64,000 nt of DNA from Gemmatimonadaceae bacterium (GTDB lineage Bacteria > Gemmatimonadota > Gemmatimonadetes > Gemmatimonadales > Gemmatimonadaceae). The stretch is from positions 384,001 through 448,000 of the forward strand of contig JBHYGA010000001.1 of NCBI GenBank assembly GCA_051859245.1, read 5' to 3'. Position 1 is the stretch's first letter; each line of letters opens with the position of its first letter. Below the pieces are notes generated by a model that did no database searches, was not told the origin of the DNA, and saw nothing but the letters and a program-made list of their open reading frames with translations. Both the position numbers and the translations under genes were made by a program. Below are positions 1-9,963 of the stretch, one piece after another.

Positions 1-1290
1 GCGCTCCCGCAGTCGCTGCTGGCGCTCGCGCCCCGTCGGTTCGGCGTCAGCGGTGACGTTGCCCCCGTGATCAACGGCGCACGCCTGAACGCGCGACTCG
101 CCGAGCTCGCAACGATCGGCGCGCGCACGGACGGTGGCGTGGATCGTGTCGGTTATTCCGATCCTGACATTGCTGCGCGCGCCTGGATCGAACCGTTGTT
201 GCAGCAAGCCGGACTCACCGTGCGCCGAGACACGGCGGGCAACATCATTGCACGTCGTGAAGGCAGCGACGCATCGCTGCGACCACTCGTGATTGGTTCG
301 CACATTGACTCGGTGCCGGCCGGCGGTCGATACGATGGTACCGTCGGTGTGCTCGCCTCGATCGAAGTCGCGGACGCACTGCGTGTATCGCGCACACCGC
401 TGCGTCATCCGCTCGAAGTTGTGATCTGGATGAATGAAGAAGGTGGACTGATCGGAAGTCGCATCGTGGCCGGAGATTTTCGCGACGAAGATCTCAATGC
501 AACAGCCGTTGCTGGTATGACGCATCGTGAGGGCATCACGCGACTCGGCGGTGATCCAACACGACTCGATACGGCACAGTGGAAGCCGGGTCGAATCGCG
601 GCGTACGTCGAGTTGCACATCGAGCAAGGTGGCTCGCTCGACCGCGACGGACTGGAGATTGGCGTGGTCGAAGGCATTGTCGGAATTTATGCCTGGGACG
701 TCACGATTACCGGGCAACAGAACCACTCTGGCGCGACTGCGATGGTGGATCGCAAAGACGCGTTGCTGGCTGCGTCGCGTTATGTCGCGGCGGTTGATCG
801 CATTGTGCGCGCCGAGGGGCAGGCGGTTGGCACCGTGGGGCGGTTGGCGGTATCGCCCGGAGCACGCAACGTAATTCCGGGTCGTGTTGACGCATCGCTT
901 GAACTGCGCTCCCTCGACGAGGCTCGCATTACCCGACTGTTCAACGCGATTCAACGCGAGTGCACGCAGATCGCTGAAGCGAACGGCACCGCATTCGAGT
1001 TCAAACTCGCGCAGTCACGGGGACCCTCCATGTGCGTGCCGGAAATCCGTGACATCGTACGCACGCAGGCGCGGCGACTCGGACGCAGCACGAATGATGT
1101 GCCCAGTGGCGCAGGGCATGACGCGCAGAGCATGGCTCACATCGGACCTATGGGCATGTTGTTCGTGCCAAGCATTGGTGGTATCAGCCACTCGCCCTGG
1201 GAGTTCACGCAGCCCGCGCAGGTCACGCATGGCGCCGAGGTGTTGTTGCAAACGGTGCTCACAATCGACGCCAATCCGCCCCGTTTGTGA
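1..1290 (+). CDS. M20-family Zn-dependent amidohydrolase (N-carbamoyl-L-amino acid/allantoate amidohydrolase-like); 5' end probably outside the window
   Basis: Motifs GSHIDSV, GRYDG, NEEG, ELHIEQG, SGAGHDA, GISH; frame is open from base 1 into the 67..1290 ORF. Confidence 0.9.
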   Translation, partial: ALPQSLLALAPRRFGVSGDVAPVINGARLNARLAELATIGARTDGGVDRVGYSDPDIAARAWIEPLLQQAGLTVRRDTAGNIIARREGSDASLRPLVIGSHIDSVPAGGRYDGTVGVLASIEVADALRVSRTPLRHPLEVVIWMNEEGGLIGSRIVAGDFRDEDLNATAVAGMTHREGITRLGGDPTRLDTAQWKPGRIAAYVELHIEQGGSLDRDGLEIGVVEGIVGIYAWDVTITGQQNHSGATAMVDRKDALLAASRYVAAVDRIVRAEGQAVGTVGRLAVSPGARNVIPGRVDASLELRSLDEARITRLFNAIQRECTQIAEANGTAFEFKLAQSRGPSMCVPEIRDIVRTQARRLGRSTNDVPSGAGHDAQSMAHIGPMGMLFVPSIGGISHSPWEFTQPAQVTHGAEVLLQTVLTIDANPPRL

Positions 1291-1304
1291 GACGCCTTCG
1301 CTAC

Positions 1305-2579
1305 TCAGCGCCCGCCGCTGCGCGCTTCGATCAGCCGCATTGACTCGCGACTGACGAATACCTGGGCGTCATATTTCTCAGCCCAGCTGAGCGCGGTCAC
1401 ATCACGATACTCGCGGAGCGGCCCACCGCCATGTCCTTCCTCACGCTGCGCGCGCAATGATGCGCGTGCATTCGGATCGGCACCATGATCCAACAACAAC
1501 TTCGTGAAGCGCGCCTCGTCGGGCTGCCCCTTTCCATAGTTTACCCAGAAATTCCGCTGCGACACCACAGTCGAGAACAACGCCGTGTATCCGCCAAAAC
1601 CTTCAGCATCAATCGCAGCGCGCACATTCGGATCCATGCCTCGATCCAGTAGCCATCGCGCAATTTCCACCTCGTCGAAGTAGGCGGCGATGTGCAATAG
1701 CGTTGTCCCGTGTATCGGCGTGCCCTGAGCCATGTATGGATGCTCAGCCCACAAGGGGCCGAGTGGAAACACATCGAGCTTCGTGAAGGTGCGCGTGAGC
1801 AGCTGCGAGTCGTTCGCGAGATGCGCCTCAAGCAAGTCGACACGGCCGCGATGGAGCGCCATGACGGGCGTGTCGGGCGGTTGGTAACCGTGCTCGATGA
1901 ACATTTCAAGAATGCGATGTTTGGCGTCCGGATTTCGACTGTCCGTTCCAAACAAGTGCTCCAACGCATTGATGTCCGGCCCATCTGTCTTCACAATGCG
2001 CGCGCCGAGCGCGAAGAGCGCCGCCACACCTTCCACGTTCAGCGTGTATGCCGGGCCAGCAAGTGTCCAATGCTCAAGCGACGGACTGCCAGCGAGCGCG
2101 TAGATCAGGCGAACGGTGTGCGTCTGCCCCTGTAGCGCGGCGCGTCCCGCCGCTTTCTCAAAATCGGTTGCGCCCATGGCGTGCAACATCGTGATGATGC
2201 GGTCCCGACCAAGATTCGCCGCGTAACTCATTGGAGGACCCCAGTTACTATCGGCGCGAATGAGCACCGGTTCGTGAATGAGTTCCGGGTGGCGATTCAC
2301 GAGCTCGGCCACAATCTCCGCGTCATCGCGCCAGATGGCATCGGAGAGCTGCACCGCCTCGACAAGCCTCGCCCAGCTTGCTGCCTGGTAACTGCGCGCG
2401 ATCACAAGCTGCGCATTTTCGATCGTTGCCGATTGGGGTTCGATCACTTCAGCGAATCGCGCATGCAGCTCAGCAACTGCGTCGGCGTCACCCTTGTGGA
2501 GCGCGCGCAGCAGCGCTTCAGCCTCTTGCTGGAGTTGCGCGAGATCAGGTCGTACCGGCAGTCGTCGGTCGGTCATCAT
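1305..2579 (-). CDS. Ankyrin-repeat protein with N-terminal LPxRPDL...AQxxIARxY..SW helical domain
   Basis: Ankyrin motifs GTTLLHIAAYF..IARWLLDRGMDPN, GYTALF, LLLDHGADPN. Confidence 0.8.
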   Translation of the reverse strand: MMTDRRLPVRPDLAQLQQEAEALLRALHKGDADAVAELHARFAEVIEPQSATIENAQLVIARSYQAASWARLVEAVQLSDAIWRDDAEIVAELVNRHPELIHEPVLIRADSNWGPPMSYAANLGRDRIITMLHAMGATDFEKAAGRAALQGQTHTVRLIYALAGSPSLEHWTLAGPAYTLNVEGVAALFALGARIVKTDGPDINALEHLFGTDSRNPDAKHRILEMFIEHGYQPPDTPVMALHRGRVDLLEAHLANDSQLLTRTFTKLDVFPLGPLWAEHPYMAQGTPIHGTTLLHIAAYFDEVEIARWLLDRGMDPNVRAAIDAEGFGGYTALFSTVVSQRNFWVNYGKGQPDEARFTKLLLDHGADPNARASLRAQREEGHGGGPLREYRDVTALSWAEKYDAQVFVSRESMRLIEARSGGR

Positions 2580-2651
2580 GGTGAATAATGCGATGCAAGT
2601 CCCGCCCCGTGAAGATTTCCGGCCAACTCGGACGAATCAGGAACTCCATTG

Positions 2652-2667
2652 CATACCATTCAGTATG
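2652..2667. promoter_or_regulatory. Short inverted repeat CATAC-N6-GTATG, possible operator between the divergent ankyrin and DsbA genes
   Basis: catac-cattca-gtatg immediately followed by TATAGT (2668-2673) in an AT-rich patch. Confidence 0.35.
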
Positions 2668-2719
2668 TATAGTCAGTGCGGCGTTGCCGGCTTGTTGAAC
2701 TGAATCGTGTGGAGACTAC

Positions 2720-3424
2720 ATGCGGGTGGAAATCTGGTCGGATATCGCGTGTCCCTGGTGCTATGTCGGCAAGCGTCGTTTCGAATCGGCGCTCGCCGAC
2801 TTCGCGCATCGCGACGAGATCACGGTCACGTGGCGAAGCTTTGAACTCGATCCGCACGCGCCGCGCCAGCATGACGAAGCGCAGCCCGTATTGCTCGCGC
2901 GCAAATACCGCACGTCAGTAGAGCAGGCACGCGCGATGAACGCGCGCATGACAGAAGCGGCGGCGAGCGAAGGACTCGACTTTCGTCTGGACGACGTCAA
3001 GGTTGGCAACACGTTCGATGCACACCGGTTGTTGCACTTTGCCGCTGCGCACAATCTGCGTGAGCAACTCGCCGAGCGGCTGTTCGCCGCGTACCTCGGC
3101 GAAGGTGCGTCTCTCGGCGACACGGAAACGCTTGTCGCACTCGCGACGGATGTAGGGCTTGATGCAATCGCCGTGCGCGCGATGCTCACGGAGACAGAGT
3201 TTTCGGACGCGGTGCGCGCTGACGAAGCCGAGGCGCAGGCGATCGGTGTGAGCGGCGTTCCGTTCTTCGTATTGGATCGACGCTACGGCGTGTCGGGTGC
3301 GCAAAGTCCGGCGGTGTTACTCAGTGCGCTGCAGCAGGCGTGGAATGAGCGAACGCCGGTGATGCAGCGTATCGGACCTGACTCGTCAGATGCTGATTGC
3401 GCGGATGGCAGCTGTACAGTGTGA
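2720..3424 (+). CDS. DsbA-family oxidoreductase, FrnE type
   Basis: WSDIACPWC, SFELDP, GVPFF, SGAQ, C-terminal CADGSC; GGAG RBS. Confidence 0.92.
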   Translation: MRVEIWSDIACPWCYVGKRRFESALADFAHRDEITVTWRSFELDPHAPRQHDEAQPVLLARKYRTSVEQARAMNARMTEAAASEGLDFRLDDVKVGNTFDAHRLLHFAAAHNLREQLAERLFAAYLGEGASLGDTETLVALATDVGLDAIAVRAMLTETEFSDAVRADEAEAQAIGVSGVPFFVLDRRYGVSGAQSPAVLLSALQQAWNERTPVMQRIGPDSSDADCADGSCTV

Positions 3425-3625
3425 GCATTCAGCTCGATCACGGTTAGCGGATCGAATCTTGTTACGTCCCAGAACGGGTAGGCCGCCTTGCATGCGGTAC
3501 TCGCCGAAGGCAACTCGCGTCAGGGACCAGCGTTTTCGCTGCGAACGGAATGGCGTCTTGCGCACCGCGTGATCTCGCCCGATGTTCGCACATCGACCAA
3601 TGTCTCCTCTCTTCCGGACGTCAAT

Positions 3626-4966
3626 TTGCGCACACTGTGGCATCATCGTTCATTCTCTTTGGTGGGTGTCGCCTTGCTGGCGGCCTGCTCACCGGATCAA
3701 CCAACGGACGTACATCGCTCCTCGTCGCTATCGCCGCAAACGTCCATCAGCGTGGCGCAGGTCGGTCCGCTTGATGTGAGTGGCGACATCGAGGGTGCTG
3801 CGTACCGGATTGTGGTTCCCGCCGTGTGGAACGGCACGTTGCTAGTGTACGCGCACGGGTACCGTGACAAGGCGGATCATCCAGGCGAAGTGGACAACGT
3901 GAACGCCGATGTGGTGCCGAACGCCGCGCTGGCGAATGTACTGTTGGCACAAGGATACGCGCTCGCTGGCTCAGCATTCCGAGACAACGGGTGGGCGGTT
4001 GATGAAGGTATTCAGGACATGGCAGCGCTCGTTTCACATTTCCGCGAAACGGTCGCGAAGCCAAGCCAGACGATCATGTGGGGCTTTTCGATGGGAAGCG
4101 TGATCGCGCTCAAGAGCATGGAGCGATTTGGTGGACTGTATGACGGTGCAATCGCGGCCTGTGCCGCAGGAGCTGGTGCAAGTAGCACGTGGGATGCTGT
4201 GGCCGACCTGTCGCTAGCATACCAGACGGTATTTGGCATTCCCGATTCATGGGGTACGTTCGACGATGTGCGTGACGACCTCGATTTTGAAACGGAGGTG
4301 CAGCCCAAACTGATTGCAGAAGTGGGCGACCCCGCGAACTTCCCGAGGTTTGAGTTTATGCGTCTTGTTACTGGCACGCCTGGGCGTGGCATCACGACGC
4401 CACCGCCGCCGGCGTTTTATCCGGGCTGGGTCTTCACGGATTTCTTCTTTGGTTTCGAAGCGCGTGCCGAGCTTGAACGCCGCGCGGGTGGGCCAATCGT
4501 GCAGAATCGCGATCGCGAATATTCGCTGGCGGCGAGTGAAATAGCGTACCTGCAGTCCTTGGGGATTCCCGAGCCGGTCATCACGGCCTGGCTCGCCTCG
4601 ATGAATGGCCAGCGCACCGCCGATGCGCCCCCGAATGCACGTGCGTATCTCAGGAACAACGCCGATTATTCTGGCAATATCAAACATCCCGTGTTGACGT
4701 TGCACACGGTGATCGATCCGCTCTTACCAGTTTCGCAGCAGAATGCGTACGCGCAAACAGTGATCGCTGCCGGACGAAGCGACCGTCTGGTGCAAGCGTT
4801 CACGAATGGCAACGGTCACTGCGCTTTCACCGGACCGCAGCTCATCTCGGCGGTGAATACGATCAACGCGTGGGTCACCACCGGCACGGCGCCCACAGCG
4901 TCCGCCTTTCCCGCCGCGCTCGGCTTCGTTCCGAACTTTGCACCGCCGGCGATGCTTCAGCCGTAA
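3626..4966 (+). CDS. Secreted alpha/beta-fold hydrolase lipoprotein (start uncertain; ORF open from 3488)
   Basis: Lipobox LLAAC, WNGTLLVYAHG, nucleophile elbow GFSMG, C-terminal GHC. Confidence 0.7.
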   Translation: MRTLWHHRSFSLVGVALLAACSPDQPTDVHRSSSLSPQTSISVAQVGPLDVSGDIEGAAYRIVVPAVWNGTLLVYAHGYRDKADHPGEVDNVNADVVPNAALANVLLAQGYALAGSAFRDNGWAVDEGIQDMAALVSHFRETVAKPSQTIMWGFSMGSVIALKSMERFGGLYDGAIAACAAGAGASSTWDAVADLSLAYQTVFGIPDSWGTFDDVRDDLDFETEVQPKLIAEVGDPANFPRFEFMRLVTGTPGRGITTPPPPAFYPGWVFTDFFFGFEARAELERRAGGPIVQNRDREYSLAASEIAYLQSLGIPEPVITAWLASMNGQRTADAPPNARAYLRNNADYSGNIKHPVLTLHTVIDPLLPVSQQNAYAQTVIAAGRSDRLVQAFTNGNGHCAFTGPQLISAVNTINAWVTTGTAPTASAFPAALGFVPNFAPPAMLQP

Positions 4967-4992
4967 AGCGAGCGTCGTAAATTGCGTGGCAC

Positions 4993-5022
4993 CCCGCAGT
5001 AGCGCGTCAACGTTACTGCGGG
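4993..5022. terminator. Stem-loop between convergent genes
   Basis: cccgcagtagcg / cgttactgcggg, 12-bp stem with one G-U pair, 6-nt loop; no U-tract. Confidence 0.55.
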
Positions 5023-5078
5023 CACGTGCTTGCGGGTGCCCCTGTGTTGAATGACGCCGCGTTGGTATTGCGGGGGAG

Positions 5079-5555
5079 CTAGTCGGTCTCCGACTGGCTC
5101 GTCAGCACCTTGACCAACAGCTTGTGAAACGTTTGTGATTCCGACGGAGAAAGCGCGGCCAGCACTTCGTCGGCGGCCGACTGAGACTGCGCATCCACCT
5201 TGGCGGCGAGTTTCATACCTCTGCTCGTGAGACGGAGCACGTTCACCCGACGATCATTCGGATCTGCCTCGCGCACCAGTAGACCCTGCGCTTCGAGTGC
5301 GCTCACGAGATGCATGGTCGTGGTACGATCCATGCCCAGGCGTTCGCCCAGCAACTGTTGCTGCGACCGGCCCTCCGCACGCAGCACAAGCAGCAGTCCG
5401 ATCTGTCGAGGCCGAAGCGCGGCGGACCCAATGCGCTCCATCGTCACCTCGCGCAGCCGTTCGGCCAGTCGGTTGACAAGGAATCCGGTGACCTCACGCA
5501 TCGCGGGGGGCAACGCGGAGGCGGGCGGAGGCGACGGTGAGACTCGGTCTGCCAT
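5079..5555 (-). CDS. MarR-family transcriptional regulator
   Basis: LGMDRTTT..LVSALEAQGLLVR...DRR...LT..G wHTH pattern. Confidence 0.92.
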   Translation of the reverse strand: MADRVSPSPPPASALPPAMREVTGFLVNRLAERLREVTMERIGSAALRPRQIGLLLVLRAEGRSQQQLLGERLGMDRTTTMHLVSALEAQGLLVREADPNDRRVNVLRLTSRGMKLAAKVDAQSQSAADEVLAALSPSESQTFHKLLVKVLTSQSETD

Positions 5556-5630
5556 AGTGCGCGGGCGGGGATGGCGGAGAACGGACGGACAGGAGAACAG
5601 TAACGGAATCGGCCGCCACTGCCACCGCGG

Positions 5631-5687
5631 TTGACAGATGCGCCGGTCGCGATAATACTCAGTACTACTGATAATCAGTGTTGCTGA
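5631..5687 (+). promoter_or_regulatory. Sigma70-like promoter with tandem TCAG-N5-CTGA operators (putative MarR sites)
   Basis: TTGACA at 5631, AATACT 17 bp later; TCAGTACTACTGA (5659-5671) and TCAGTGTTGCTGA (5675-5687). Confidence 0.6.
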
Positions 5688-5743
5688 ATAAATTCGTCGC
5701 GGCCTGAGTTCGCGTCGTCGTCAACCCACTTCTGGAACCAGCC

Positions 5744-6382
5744 ATGCATACGATTAACGATTTGCGGATCGACAATTGTCTGATCGCTTTCATCGATCAT
5801 CAGCCATTCGTTGCGTTCCCGGTGCGTTCGATCTCCCCCGACGAGCTGACAAACAATGTGACCGGTCTGGCAAAGGTGGCCAAAGCACTTGAAGTGCCGG
5901 TCATCCTGACAACGATCAACGCCGAGGGTGGACCGCTGTCGGATCCACTATTTACCTCGTTGCAGTCGGTCTTTCCCGACGTGACACCGATTGATCGCAA
6001 GAACACCAACGCGTTTAGCGATCCAGTGTTTGTGCAGGCGGTGCAGGCAACGGGGCGAAAGAAGCTGGTGCTGTGCGGTCTGTGGACTGAGGTGTGTCTC
6101 GCACAAACGGCGGGGTCCGCGTTGAAGGCGGGATACGAGGTGTATTTCGTGAGTGATGCGTCGGGTGGAGTGAGTGCTGAGGCGCATCAGGACGCGAAGG
6201 TTCGCATGCAGCAGGCCGGTGCCATTCCCATGACCTGGCAGGCGGTGATGGCAGAACTCTCGCCCGACAACACGGCGCCGGAATATGCGCGACTGTACCA
6301 ACCCGTTGTCGAACACGGCGGCGGTGTGAGCTACGCGGTGCAGTATGTGCTCGCGCAGTTGTCACGCAGCGCCGCAAACTAG
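5744..6382 (+). CDS. Isochorismatase-family cysteine hydrolase (YcaC-like)
   Basis: FIDHQ, PVILTT, GLWTEVC (catalytic Cys), DASGG. Confidence 0.9.
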   Translation: MHTINDLRIDNCLIAFIDHQPFVAFPVRSISPDELTNNVTGLAKVAKALEVPVILTTINAEGGPLSDPLFTSLQSVFPDVTPIDRKNTNAFSDPVFVQAVQATGRKKLVLCGLWTEVCLAQTAGSALKAGYEVYFVSDASGGVSAEAHQDAKVRMQQAGAIPMTWQAVMAELSPDNTAPEYARLYQPVVEHGGGVSYAVQYVLAQLSRSAAN

Positions 6383-6393
6383 AACGCAGGCCG

Positions 6394-8070
6394 TCAACGA
6401 TTCAACAGCTTGAGTATCAGCGGCGTGACATCCAGCTGCGATGGCTTCTCCTCAACTGCAGCCACCATCTTCGCCCGCAGCTCCGAGCCCGTTGAGCCGT
6501 GACGCATCAGGGCGAAGAGGATCTCGCTATCCTGACGGCTCGGGCTGCCGTGCCACGACCGATAACGATGCGAGAAGTAGAAACGCTCCGTTTCGGGGTC
6601 CTGCTCGCGGTATTTTGACAGCAGCAACACGTCGCCGCTTCGATGTCCGTAGCGGCCTACGCCCAGCCCCTCGAGTCGTCGCTCGAGATCCAGCAAGTCA
6701 GGACGCGGATTGGCGGCGAGGTATTCCTTCACCGGGACCAGTGCCTCGCCGTTCCACACCTTGAACGGCGCGGCCGACTCGACGCCGCGTGACTCACGTC
6801 CGAAGATCAAATCGATGGCTCCCTCAAGTTTTGAACCCGCTGCGCCAGTCCGACCAGCGGCGTCAAACGCGCGCACGACCGCGAGTACATCCTCTTCATA
6901 GCGCGGCGGAGAGCGCCAATCGCAGCGGTCCTCTGGCCGCGGACAGGTAGACCGATTCGCGAGGTGCACGTAGGCGATTGCGCCCTGATATGCCAGAACA
7001 GACTGGAACGTGCTGTCCTCGCTCTCAAGCTCGAATGGCCGCACGCGAAATCCGGCAGACTCCAGCACATCACTCGGCTCACCCCCATTTCCCGCACCGA
7101 GCGCGTGGCGTTCGTCGGCGATCGATGGCGTGTGTCCGTGATCGGACACCAGCAACACATACGTGGAATCAAGGGCGCCACGACTGCGATACGCACTGAC
7201 CAGTTGACCAATTGCTGAATCAACAACGGTGGTCAGGTAACGCTGCTGCGCGTGCATTGCCGAGTCGGCAACGTGTGTGAACAGATCAACTCCGGGAAAA
7301 TACACCACCTGAAGATCAGCGAGTCCGTACTCCTCGATAGCTTCGAGCGTCTGATCGATGGCTGCCTGATCAAGCGCGCTATACGTCTCCCAGTTCGAGT
7401 CACCGTCGACAACACCCGCGGCGAACGAGGCGGCGAGTTTCGCAAACGAGCCGGCGTCTGGACGCACCAGCAGATCTGCACCCCGATACTGCGCGGCTAA
7501 CGTGACATAAGTGCGTACATTTGCGCGCTCGAAGAGTGTGGGGACGGCGATCCAGTCATGAAGCAGACTGCCGGAGTACACGCGTACGGCGTCCCCGTGT
7601 TCCGAAACGGATACTGGCGCCGGTGCTGCAAACGTCATGGTTTCGCGATCAAACCATTCGTTCCCCGCAACGCCGTGCTGCGACACGGTGGTGCCGGTGT
7701 AGACCGACGTCCAGGCGGCGAACGTGGTGGACGGAAGAATGCTCAGTACGCCTTCTGGGGCCACGCCGTGTTCGAAAAGGCCACGCTCGCGATCAAGCTC
7801 GGATCCGAGCAGCGATGCAACGTGCGGCATCCCGCCACGTCGCAGTGCATCGGCAAACTCCTGGCCACCCACGCCGTCGAGTGCGATCACAAGCACCCGC
7901 GGCCCGTCGCGTCGCGCGGGGCGCATTGGCTCTCGCAGCTGTACCACCGCATCGGAGGCGATGAGGCGCATGACCTCTGAGGGCGGAGTACCGGTGTACA
8001 CGAGCAGCCCGCCCACTCCCACAACGCAGGCGAGCAGCACTGAAGAAACAACGAGCAGCCAACGCGGCAT
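6394..8070 (-). CDS. Alkaline-phosphatase superfamily (nucleotide pyrophosphatase/phosphodiesterase-like), N-terminal membrane anchor
   Basis: IALDG, PSTT nucleophile, DLFTH, SDHGH, WHGS metal ligands. Confidence 0.85.
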   Translation of the reverse strand: MPRWLLVVSSVLLACVVGVGGLLVYTGTPPSEVMRLIASDAVVQLREPMRPARRDGPRVLVIALDGVGGQEFADALRRGGMPHVASLLGSELDRERGLFEHGVAPEGVLSILPSTTFAAWTSVYTGTTVSQHGVAGNEWFDRETMTFAAPAPVSVSEHGDAVRVYSGSLLHDWIAVPTLFERANVRTYVTLAAQYRGADLLVRPDAGSFAKLAASFAAGVVDGDSNWETYSALDQAAIDQTLEAIEEYGLADLQVVYFPGVDLFTHVADSAMHAQQRYLTTVVDSAIGQLVSAYRSRGALDSTYVLLVSDHGHTPSIADERHALGAGNGGEPSDVLESAGFRVRPFELESEDSTFQSVLAYQGAIAYVHLANRSTCPRPEDRCDWRSPPRYEEDVLAVVRAFDAAGRTGAAGSKLEGAIDLIFGRESRGVESAAPFKVWNGEALVPVKEYLAANPRPDLLDLERRLEGLGVGRYGHRSGDVLLLSKYREQDPETERFYFSHRYRSWHGSPSRQDSEILFALMRHGSTGSELRAKMVAAVEEKPSQLDVTPLILKLLNR

Positions 8071-8086
8071 AGTGTGCCTTCTGCCT

Positions 8087-8800
8087 TCAGTACACGCGAA
8101 TGGTCACAAGTTGCGGCAGATCAATCACGCGCTTCGTTGTGCGGTCGCGCTGCGCCTCTTGCACCAGCTCCGCCGCTCGCTCAACACCGGTGCGACGCAG
8201 CAGCAGCTCCGCCATCGACAGTACCGATTCGTTGGTGGCACGAATGGATCCATGCGATACCGCTTTGCCAATGGACGCAGGCGCGTTGGTACCATGAATG
8301 CTGCGCGGCAGATCGTACACAAGTTGTGCGTGGCCAAGCGGATTGTCGGGATCGCCGGGCTGACTGCCCTTTTCCTCTTCCGCCCAGGACTCGTCGGTGG
8401 GCGGAATCCACTCGGGATTCAGCACGACCTGACTGATGGTCCACTCACCCGTGCGCGTGGGCCATTCCTTTGAACCGACGGCGATGTCGTGCTGTGCGAG
8501 CGTGTCGGCGAACGCGTCGAGTACGCGCACGCGTCGCGCGGCAATGTCGACTTCCACACGGATGTCCACCGAATCGCGAGCCGCCAAGTCGTCGAGTGTG
8601 GCTTGCAGCGTGCGGAGTCGAACCAAGCGCAGTTCACGCGCGACGGAATCAGCGGCGACGGCGAGCTGAACAGAGTCTTCTGCAGCGCGACTGGAGTCCA
8701 TTGTGGAAACCGTTCCTGAGCGATCGGCATCCGACCCTGTACACGACGCACAAGCGACAACCACACACAGGACGCGAACGAACAGGCGATGAGGAGACAT
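8087..8800 (-). CDS. L,D-transpeptidase (YkuD) family lipoprotein with Cys->Ser at the catalytic position
   Basis: IAVG..WPT.TG, NPEW.PP, PDNPLG, IHGTN, SHGSIR (canonical SHGCIR); GAGGAG RBS. Confidence 0.85.
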   Translation of the reverse strand: MSPHRLFVRVLCVVVACASCTGSDADRSGTVSTMDSSRAAEDSVQLAVAADSVARELRLVRLRTLQATLDDLAARDSVDIRVEVDIAARRVRVLDAFADTLAQHDIAVGSKEWPTRTGEWTISQVVLNPEWIPPTDESWAEEEKGSQPGDPDNPLGHAQLVYDLPRSIHGTNAPASIGKAVSHGSIRATNESVLSMAELLLRRTGVERAAELVQEAQRDRTTKRVIDLPQLVTIRVY

Positions 8801-8958
8801 GAACCGGGATAGCGACAGTGTGAAACAAGGTCTGTACGATCCCTGAAGTCTATTGGTGTACGCTGCTGTGTTCGCTTCGGTGTGTGTGGTGAATCACAAA
8901 TGCTACGTATTTCGTTATCGCACGGACGTCGTGCCGCCATCAGTGCAGGTCGGAGTGC

Positions 8959-9357
8959 TCACGACGGCAACGTGTACGTGAACTCGTAGCTGTGCGAGCC
9001 ATTCGCGACAATAATCTTGAACTCGCCGGCCAGGCCAACCAGTTCGCCGGCTCCCGAGTCCGGCACCACCGTCACTGTCAAACTCGACGCACCACGGTTC
9101 ATGGTACCCGTGTGTTGTAGCACGAACGTTCCCCGTCGCCCGTGCAAGACACCGTCAACACGTTCGATCGCGACGTAGCCGGCCGATCCGGGCACGTCCG
9201 TCATCGCACTGAGCATCTGTCCCGACGTGGTCGCGATTAGGTCGCCGGAAATTGTCTTGTCGATCGAACGGCGACCGAGCGTGGAGCCATCGGGCTGACC
9301 CTCCATGGTCAAGGGCAGGAGCGTAACCACGAACTCGCCGCGAGCAGTCTGGTGCAT
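8959..9357 (-). CDS. DUF3224-family protein
   Basis: SAGYVAIE..G.L.GR.GTFVLQH.G, VVPDSG.GEL.GL.G. Confidence 0.88.
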   Translation of the reverse strand: MHQTARGEFVVTLLPLTMEGQPDGSTLGRRSIDKTISGDLIATTSGQMLSAMTDVPGSAGYVAIERVDGVLHGRRGTFVLQHTGTMNRGASSLTVTVVPDSGAGELVGLAGEFKIIVANGSHSYEFTYTLPS

Positions 9358-9375
9358 TGTTGATTCAATCCTGTG

Positions 9376-9654
9376 TTAGCGGTTGCTGGGGCCGCGCTCG
9401 AGCCCACGAACGATTCGTTCGACCGCATCGGCCGGGACGGTGCCGGTGCTCACGAGCAATCGCGACAGCTCTGCAACCACAAGCTGCAAGTCCGTCACTT
9501 CGCGTCGCAACGTGGCGATCTGATTGTTCTGTGTCTGATCTGTTGCCTGTCGTGACTGCAGAACACTTCGCAACTGCGCAACGTCGTCTTCGATGTCATT
9601 GATGTCGAACTGTTGTCCTACGTTTCCCAACAGCAGCATGCGGCCCCAACTCAT
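9376..9654 (-). CDS. Small hypothetical coiled-coil protein
   Basis: 92-aa ORF, AGGGAG RBS, heptad-like central region. Confidence 0.6.
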   Translation of the reverse strand: MSWGRMLLLGNVGQQFDINDIEDDVAQLRSVLQSRQATDQTQNNQIATLRREVTDLQLVVAELSRLLVSTGTVPADAVERIVRGLERGPSNR

Positions 9655-9963
9655 GGATCAGCTCCCTTTTTCGTGAGTCGCGTTTTCCTGCACGTTGTCA
9701 ATAGAACGCGTGCGACGGCGTGGCGCCACCGCCCCGACTTGTGATTCTGGAGACTGGCAGTCGAATCACTAGCCTACCCATGCTTCCTGCCTCGGGACGA
9801 TAACACCGGGCGGTGCTGTTACGTGGCGTCATCGCCGCGATTGCGTGTCGTGAGTTGGCCGCGTCGTACGCAGAATGTGGTGGAAATGCGATGGCAGTAA
9901 TCGACTGTCGTGCAGCATTTCCGTCCGATCACCCTCGGATTGCCTCCTCTGCAACTTTGTCAC

